In this document: in pieces, positions 58,323 through 64,000 of the stretch
Layout of the letters: every line of letters starts with the position of its first letter
How positions within the stretch are numbered: position 1 is the first letter of the stretch
Assembly (NCBI GenBank): GCA_947500135.1
Contig: CANMQX010000004.1
Coordinates: forward strand, 411,442 to 475,441
From: an uncultured Rhodobacteraceae bacterium
Lineage (GTDB): Bacteria > Pseudomonadota > Alphaproteobacteria > Rhodobacterales > Rhodobacteraceae
Direction: 5' to 3'
DNA: 64,000 nt
Made by a program: the position numbers and the translations under genes
The notes under the pieces: generated by a model
The model's database searches: none
What the model was told of the DNA's origin: nothing
Seen by the model: only the letters and a program-made list of their open reading frames with translations

Positions 58323-59083
58323 TATTTTGGTCCTCCGGGCAGGGCCGACAGTGCTTTGTCCAGCCAATGGGCAAAACCGGTCCCGTCTTGCGCGACGGGT
58401 TCCAGATAAGGGGCCAGAATGTCAAACTCCGGTTCCACATCCTTGGGGCGCGGCGGAAGGTATTTGTTCACGGGCTTGGTGCCTTGCTCGGGCATCAGAT
58501 CAAAACCGCCGCGTTCTGCCACTAGTTTGGATACATCGCTGGTCGCATCGCCCAGATCGCCGAAATGCCGGGCCCCGGCGGGGCAGGTGCGCACGCAGGC
58601 GGGTTGGCGGTCTTCTTCGGGCAGGTTTTCATTGTAGATTCGATCCACGCAAAGGGTGCATTTTTTCATCACCCCTTCATTGGCGTCCAGTTCACGCGCA
58701 CCGTAAGGGCAGGCCCATGCGCAGAGCCCGCAACCAATACAGTCACTTTCATTGACCAGCACGATGCCATCCTCGGCCCGTTTGTAGCTGGCACCCGTCG
58801 GGCAGACGGTCACGCAAGGGGCGTCTTCGCAATGCAGACAGGATTTTGGGAAATGGATCAGCTGGGCGGCACCTTGATCGGGCTGCACCTCGTAGGAATG
58901 CACCCGATTGAGGAACGTGCCAGAGGCAGCACCCGAATAGGCGTTCTGGTCGGATAGCGGAGCGCCGTAGTTTTCGGTGTTCCAGCCTTTGCAGGCCACC
59001 ACGCAGGCATGGCAGCCCACGCAGGTATCCAGGTCAATGACCAGCCCCAGTTTCTTGGCCGACGGCGGTGGCAATTGGGTCAT
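58322..59083 (-). CDS. soeB: Sulfite dehydrogenase Fe-S subunit
   Basis: DLDTCVGCHAC, CLHCEDAPCV, CIGCGLC, KKCTLC, PACVRTCP. Confidence 0.88.
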   Translation of the reverse strand: MTQLPPPSAKKLGLVIDLDTCVGCHACVVACKGWNTENYGAPLSDQNAYSGAASGTFLNRVHSYEVQPDQGAAQLIHFPKSCLHCEDAPCVTVCPTGASYKRAEDGIVLVNESDCIGCGLCAWACPYGARELDANEGVMKKCTLCVDRIYNENLPEEDRQPACVRTCPAGARHFGDLGDATSDVSKLVAERGGFDLMPEQGTKPVNKYLPPRPKDVEPEFDILAPYLEPVAQDGTGFAHWLDKALSALPGGPK

Positions 59084-59259
59084 AGGGTGGCCCTTTCTTG
59101 AAACGCCGGAGCCTCCGGCGGGAGTATTTTTGGCAAAATGATGGATGCAGGTTGGGCTGATGCCGCGCGCTTGTCCCATGTGGCGACATACCAGACAAAG
59201 CTGCCAATTGTCAGGACAAGGAAACCGGCAATCAGCAGAAGAACCTGGCCGTTACTCAT
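59080..59259 (-). CDS. Small single-TM protein (59 aa), absent from the ORF track, between soeA and soeB
   Basis: MSNGQVLLLIAGFLVLTIGSFVWYVATWDKR...; ATGA overlap with the soeA stop and ATGA overlap with the soeB start. Confidence 0.7.
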   Translation of the reverse strand: MSNGQVLLLIAGFLVLTIGSFVWYVATWDKRAASAQPASIILPKILPPEAPAFQERATL

Positions 59260-62081
59260 GATCCCACCTTCCAGTCCAGATCACGCGGCCCCTTGCCAAC
59301 AGGTGACTTGATCGCAGGCATCGCCGGTTGTGCCTCATTCGGCACGGCGGATTTCTCGATTTTCACGCGCAGATCAAACCACGCAGCCTGTCCGGTGATC
59401 GGATCGGAATTGGCCCAACGCAGTCCGTCGCCTTTGGGCGGCAGTAATTCGTGGATCAAATGGTTCAGCAAGAAGCCCTTGGTCGCCTCGCTCGCGTCAT
59501 CATCCAGCGCCCAGGCCCCTTTGCGCTTGCCAATCGCGTTCCATGTCCAGATCGTGTTTTCGTTCAGGCTGGCCTGATGGGCGACGGGCACCACGATGGA
59601 CCCATGCGCCGATGTGACCTTGGCCCAATCACCTTCGGCAAATCCGTTCGCCTCCCAGATCTTGGTCGGGACATAAAGCGGGTTATGTCCGTGGATCTGG
59701 CGCAGCCAGGCATTCTGCGTGCCCCATGAATGATACATCGCCATCGGGCGTTGGGTCAGGGCGTGAACCGGATATTCATCGGTATCAACATGGCTGTTTT
59801 CAAACGGGGCATACCAGATCGGCAGCGGATCCATGGTGCGTTTGATCTGGTCGCGCAGATGGTCGGGGGGTTGGCGGGTGCCGATCCCTTCGGCGGCGGC
59901 CTGAAACTTGCGCAGCGGTTCGACATACAGTTGGAAAATATAGGGCTGTTCTACGTCATAGAACCCCATCTTGACCGCCCAATCCTGATACTCTTGGCTG
60001 AACGGTTTATAGAAAGCCGCGTTTTCCGGGACATGTTCCAACCAGAAACCGCCATTGTCGATATAGTTCTGCAACTGGTCAGGGTTCACATCACCACGGC
60101 CTTTGCCATCACCATCCGCGCCCCGGAAACCGGCCAGCGGACCAACACCGGGGCGGCGAATGTGGTTGGTGATATAGTCAGCGTAATCGGCGTATTTCTG
60201 GGTGCCATCGTCGTTCACAAACCCCGGCAGCTTCAGCATCGCGCCCAATTCACACAGGACAGACTGGAAACCGCGCACATCGCGGTCCGGCTCCACCACC
60301 GGCCAGCGGATTGCGTCGGCAACGCCATCCGCTTCGCAAATCGGACGGTCGAGCAGGCTAATGCAGTCATGCCGCTCCAGATAGGTCGTGTCCGGCAGGA
60401 TCAGGTCGGCATATGCGACCATTTCAGATGAATAAGCATCGGAATAGATGATATGCGGGATCACGTAGTCGCCGTTTTCATCCTTATCCGTCAACATTTT
60501 ATGGACGCCGCCCACATTCATCGACGAATTCCACGACATGTTCGCCATATACATGAACAGCGTGTCGATCTTATAGGGTACCCCCGCATGGGCATTGGAA
60601 ATCACCATATGCATCAGCCCGTGGGCGGACATTGGATTTTCCCAGCTATAGGCCTTGTCGATGCGGGTGGGGTTGCCGTCATCATCGATCAGCAGGTCCT
60701 CTGGACCATGGGTATAGCCCAGATGCGGACCATCCAATGCGGCTCCCGGTGTGACCTTGCCATGCGGTTTGGGATGGGCGGTGGCAGGCTTGGGGTAGGG
60801 TGGTTTGAAACGCATGCCGCCGGGCACCTCAACCGACCCAAGGATGATCTGTAACACATGCAAGGCGCGGCAGGTCTGAAACCCATTGGAATGCGCCGAA
60901 ATCCCGCGCATCGAATGAAAGGACACAGGACGCCCCACCATCTTGGCATGCTTCTTGCCCCGAAAATCGGTCCAAGGGCGGTCCAGCTCAATCGCCTCGT
61001 CAAAGGCGACGCGGGCCAGATCAGCCGCAATCGCGCGGATGCGTGTCGCCGGGATACCGCAGCTTTCGGCAACGGTTTCTGGTGCGTATTCATCCAACAG
61101 ATAGCGATCGGCCATCAGGTGAAATACGGGACGATGGGTCACACCAGCATCGCGGTAGGTCGCGGACAGGTCAGGTTCGACGCCTTTGCCATTCCACGGG
61201 GCCAACTGCCCGGTATTGCGGTCGATGACCTGCGGTTGGCCATCTGCATCGCGTAGGAACAACCCATATTGATCCGAATTCGGGTCTTCGTTCACCAGGA
61301 CCGAGGCATTGGTAAACCGCCTCAGATAGTCCAGATCGACCTTACCCGCCTTCATCAGGCAATGGACCATCGCCAGAATAAACTGGCCATCCGTGCCAGG
61401 GGTAATCCCCACCCAATCATCGGCGACGGCATTGTAACCGGTGCGGATCGGGTTCACCCCGATCATCCGCGCGCCACGTTTCTTTAGCTTGCCGATGCCG
61501 ATCTTGATCGGGTTACTGTCATGATCCTCGGCGACGCCAAACAGCATGAACAGCTTTGTGCGGTCCCAATCGGGCTGGCCAAACTCCCAGAACGCACCGC
61601 CCATCGTATAGATGCCTGCTGCGGCCATATTGACCGAACAGAACCCGCCATGGGCAGCATAGTTCGGGGTGCCAAACCCCTGCGCCCAGAAACTGGTAAA
61701 GGATTGCGACTGATCGCGCCCGGTAAAGAATGCAAGCTTCTCCGGATGCTTCTCGCGCACCGGTTTCAGCCACTCCACCGCCTGTTTCAGCGCAGCTTCC
61801 CACGAAACCTCGACAAACTCGCCAGACCCACGCTCGCCCACGCGCATCAATGGGGCGCGCAGGCGCGATGGCGCGTTATGCTGCATGATACCAGCCGAAC
61901 CCTTGGCGCAAAGCACACCCTGATTGACCGGATGATCCTTGTTGCCCTCGATATAGGCGACCTTGCCACCCTTCATATGTACATTGATGCCGCAGCGGCA
62001 GGCGCACATGTAACAGGTCGTCTTGCGGACCTCGTCGGACACCTTTGGCGATGTATCAAGCTTTGGCTGATCAAGGGACAT
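59256..62081 (-). CDS. soeA: Cytoplasmic sulfite:quinone dehydrogenase molybdopterin subunit
   Basis: KTTCYMCACRCG, HGGFCSVN, MRGISAHSNGFQT, no Tat leader, DSNPITGQ-like ANSDPITGQAAWFD C-terminus, sulfonate-cluster context. Confidence 0.85.
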   Translation of the reverse strand: MSLDQPKLDTSPKVSDEVRKTTCYMCACRCGINVHMKGGKVAYIEGNKDHPVNQGVLCAKGSAGIMQHNAPSRLRAPLMRVGERGSGEFVEVSWEAALKQAVEWLKPVREKHPEKLAFFTGRDQSQSFTSFWAQGFGTPNYAAHGGFCSVNMAAAGIYTMGGAFWEFGQPDWDRTKLFMLFGVAEDHDSNPIKIGIGKLKKRGARMIGVNPIRTGYNAVADDWVGITPGTDGQFILAMVHCLMKAGKVDLDYLRRFTNASVLVNEDPNSDQYGLFLRDADGQPQVIDRNTGQLAPWNGKGVEPDLSATYRDAGVTHRPVFHLMADRYLLDEYAPETVAESCGIPATRIRAIAADLARVAFDEAIELDRPWTDFRGKKHAKMVGRPVSFHSMRGISAHSNGFQTCRALHVLQIILGSVEVPGGMRFKPPYPKPATAHPKPHGKVTPGAALDGPHLGYTHGPEDLLIDDDGNPTRIDKAYSWENPMSAHGLMHMVISNAHAGVPYKIDTLFMYMANMSWNSSMNVGGVHKMLTDKDENGDYVIPHIIYSDAYSSEMVAYADLILPDTTYLERHDCISLLDRPICEADGVADAIRWPVVEPDRDVRGFQSVLCELGAMLKLPGFVNDDGTQKYADYADYITNHIRRPGVGPLAGFRGADGDGKGRGDVNPDQLQNYIDNGGFWLEHVPENAAFYKPFSQEYQDWAVKMGFYDVEQPYIFQLYVEPLRKFQAAAEGIGTRQPPDHLRDQIKRTMDPLPIWYAPFENSHVDTDEYPVHALTQRPMAMYHSWGTQNAWLRQIHGHNPLYVPTKIWEANGFAEGDWAKVTSAHGSIVVPVAHQASLNENTIWTWNAIGKRKGAWALDDDASEATKGFLLNHLIHELLPPKGDGLRWANSDPITGQAAWFDLRVKIEKSAVPNEAQPAMPAIKSPVGKGPRDLDWKVGS

Positions 62082-62104
62082 TTGGCTTACCTTTCAGGCG
62101 GCTA

Positions 62105-63121
62105 TCAGATGAGGAAGTAGACCCCGGATAGGATGACAGTTGCAATAAAAATGGTTTGCGCCACGATCAGGGCGATGGCAGCGCCCCCCACGGCAAGGAC
62201 TTTCTTGAGGTTTGTTTTCATGCCAACGGCGGCGATGGCCGTCAAAAGCAGCCAGCGGGATGCCTCGGACAGGAAATCAGCTATGGCGGATGGGATCAGC
62301 CCAAGCGAATTCAGGGTGGCCAGCACCAGAAAACCCACAACAAAGGCGGGGATGATCGGGGGGCGTTCGCCGCCATCATCCGGCGTGGCAAACCGGCGGA
62401 TCACCAGCGACGCGATGATCACCACCGGGGCCAGCAAGGACACCCGGATCAGTTTGACCAATGTGGCCGTGTCGCCAACGCTTTCGGACACTGAAAAACC
62501 GGCACCGACCACCTGCGCCACATCATGGATTGTGCCGCCCAGGAAAACACCGGCGGCAAGGTCGGGTAGGTCCAGCAGATTAACGATCACCGGATAGGCG
62601 ATCATCGCGATTGTGGACAGTACGGTCACACCCATAACGGTGAATAGCAGACGCTGTTCTGACCGTTCATCCTTGGGCAGAATCGCCGCAATCGCCATGG
62701 CCGCTGATGCGCCGCAAATCGCCACTGATCCGGCCGTCAACAAGGAAAACCGCCATTTTGCGCCAAAGAAACGGCCGACCAGCAAGCCAAAACCGATGGT
62801 CAGCCCGACCGCACCAACGATCAGCATCACAAGCGGCAGACCCAGTTGCGCAGTCAGCTCCAGACTGATCCGCACGCCCAGTAGGGCGATACCGATCCGC
62901 AACAGGGTGCGCGCGGAAAAGCCGATACCTTCCACGGTTTTGCCTTCCTCGCCCAGAAAGGCCAGCGCGATGCCCAGCAACAGCGCCAACAGCATCGCGG
63001 GGGTCGCATAATGTTCGGCCAGCCATTGCGCGGTGATCGCTGTCATCGCGGCAACAACCACGCCCGGGAACAAGGTCTTGGCGCGGGCCGAGATTGCTTG
63101 AGGTTGCAATAATGCGATCAT
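62105..63121 (-). CDS. YeiH/TauZ family putative sulfate/sulfonate exporter
   Basis: LLRIGIALLG, AICGASAA, HDVAQVV, VKLIRV. About 10 TM segments. Confidence 0.85.
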   Translation of the reverse strand: MIALLQPQAISARAKTLFPGVVVAAMTAITAQWLAEHYATPAMLLALLLGIALAFLGEEGKTVEGIGFSARTLLRIGIALLGVRISLELTAQLGLPLVMLIVGAVGLTIGFGLLVGRFFGAKWRFSLLTAGSVAICGASAAMAIAAILPKDERSEQRLLFTVMGVTVLSTIAMIAYPVIVNLLDLPDLAAGVFLGGTIHDVAQVVGAGFSVSESVGDTATLVKLIRVSLLAPVVIIASLVIRRFATPDDGGERPPIIPAFVVGFLVLATLNSLGLIPSAIADFLSEASRWLLLTAIAAVGMKTNLKKVLAVGGAAIALIVAQTIFIATVILSGVYFLI

Positions 63122-63882
63122 GCAACCTGTGTCCGGATGATGCTTGCCATGGCCAACGCGCATAGCAGTGACAGACAAAGCGGCCGATAATATGTGGCGA
63201 AACGGGGCGTGAACAGCCATTGGCCAACAAACACACCCAGTGCGGTCGGCACGGCCAGCGCGATACCACGTGCAGCACCGGTCTGATCCATGACGCCAAA
63301 CCAAAGGAAGGTGATCATGGATGTCAGTGCGCCAAGAAACAGGAATAGGACAAGGGCGGCACGCATCTTGGCCGCGGGCGCGTCCTGCGACAGGACGTAT
63401 AGGGCGATGACCATACCGCCCACATGGGCCAACCCGGTGACGATGCCTGCGGCAAAGCCTGACCCGTAAAGCCCCGGTTTTGTGGCCAGAAATGGTAGCC
63501 TGATCTTGGCGAGTTGGGTGACGGCCAGCAGGATGATGATGGTCAGCACCACCATCTTGCTGACCTCAACAGGCAGCGATGTGGTCAACCACAGCCCGAA
63601 TGGCACACCAATTGTTGAGCCGATAACAAGCCCCAGAACAACGCCACGATCCGCCTCGCGCCAGCCGCCCCGTGCCATCATCAGTGACGCCATCATTTCC
63701 AGCCACCAGCAGATCGGGATCAGTTGTACGGGTGGCAGGATCAGCACAGCACTGGCCATCACCACGGCTGATAGGGCAAAGCCCGAAAAACCGCGCACGA
63801 TACCTGCAACCACCACGATCACCGTCAGGATCGCAAATTCCTGTCCGGTCAAGTCGGTGAGGGTCAGCAGGTCGCCAAACAT
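63118..63882 (-). CDS. TauE/SafE family sulfite exporter
   Basis: AGIVRGFSGFA motif and 7-8 TM segments. ATGA overlap with the YeiH gene. Confidence 0.85.
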   Translation of the reverse strand: MFGDLLTLTDLTGQEFAILTVIVVVAGIVRGFSGFALSAVVMASAVLILPPVQLIPICWWLEMMASLMMARGGWREADRGVVLGLVIGSTIGVPFGLWLTTSLPVEVSKMVVLTIIILLAVTQLAKIRLPFLATKPGLYGSGFAAGIVTGLAHVGGMVIALYVLSQDAPAAKMRAALVLFLFLGALTSMITFLWFGVMDQTGAARGIALAVPTALGVFVGQWLFTPRFATYYRPLCLSLLCALAMASIIRTQVA

Positions 63883-63883
63883 C

Positions 63884-64000
63884 TCAGCGCCCCTCTGCCA
63901 TCAAGGCCAGCGCATCGCGGGCGATCTGTTTTTCTTCATCGGCCACGATCACATGCACCGGCAGATCGCCAAAACAAGCCAGCAGTTCCATGATCCGGTC
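63884..64000 (-). CDS. ackA: C-terminal 38 aa of a probable acetate kinase, truncated by the window edge
   Basis: VHVIVADEEKQIARDAL resembles the AckA C-terminal VIPT.EE..IAR motif. Only a fragment is visible. Confidence 0.6.
   Translation of the reverse strand, partial: DRIMELLACFGDLPVHVIVADEEKQIARDALALMAEGR

Noticed and set aside
67-63860. The many 60-250 aa ORFs overlapping the called genes on the opposite strand or in shifted frames (e.g. 2758-3537, 26109-26984, 45506-46363, 48749-49492)
   Set aside because: Typical shadow ORFs of GC-rich coding DNA, with no motifs and fully overlapping well-supported genes.
1-64000. CRISPR array, prophage, transposase/integrase, toxin-antitoxin or defence genes
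   Set aside because: No regularly spaced direct repeats with unique spacers, and no ORF with recognisable motifs of these classes. The repeats found are short isolated palindromes.

Overview
A GC-rich (roughly 57-60% by eye) chromosomal segment of a Rhodobacteraceae (Roseobacter-group-like) alphaproteobacterium. It carries about 58 intact genes and one tRNA-CAT. I saw no prophage, transposase, CRISPR array or defence island. In order, it holds: a 5'-truncated DabA inorganic-carbon pump subunit; an accessory sugar ABC operon with a ROK regulator, a Gfo/Idh/MocA oxidoreductase and a PP2C-fold phosphatase; pheA, membrane cytochrome c and yejABEF; a respiratory nitrate reductase block (narR, narK1, narK2, narGHJI, PpiC, DUF2478); a housekeeping stretch (DD-carboxypeptidase, clpS, rsmC, SDR, hemF, hemE, hemC); a CioAB-type bd oxidase; uraH-rbsD; an alpha/beta-galactoside uptake and De Ley-Doudoroff cluster; threonine dehydratase; and the end of a sulfonate/sulfite cluster (ackA, TauE, YeiH, soeABC). 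The best leads are: (1) an unlisted 59-aa membrane ORF with ATGA overlaps to both soeA and soeB, a candidate extra Soe subunit; (2) the PP2C-fold enzyme ending a sugar-uptake operon; (3) FNR-type half-sites repeated every 22 bp in the narK/narR intergenic region; (4) several families of short palindromic intergenic repeats, including a twin hairpin with compensatory changes; (5) an SDR with YxxxN in place of YxxxK in the galactose cluster. All product calls come from motif and context recognition only. No database searches were run.
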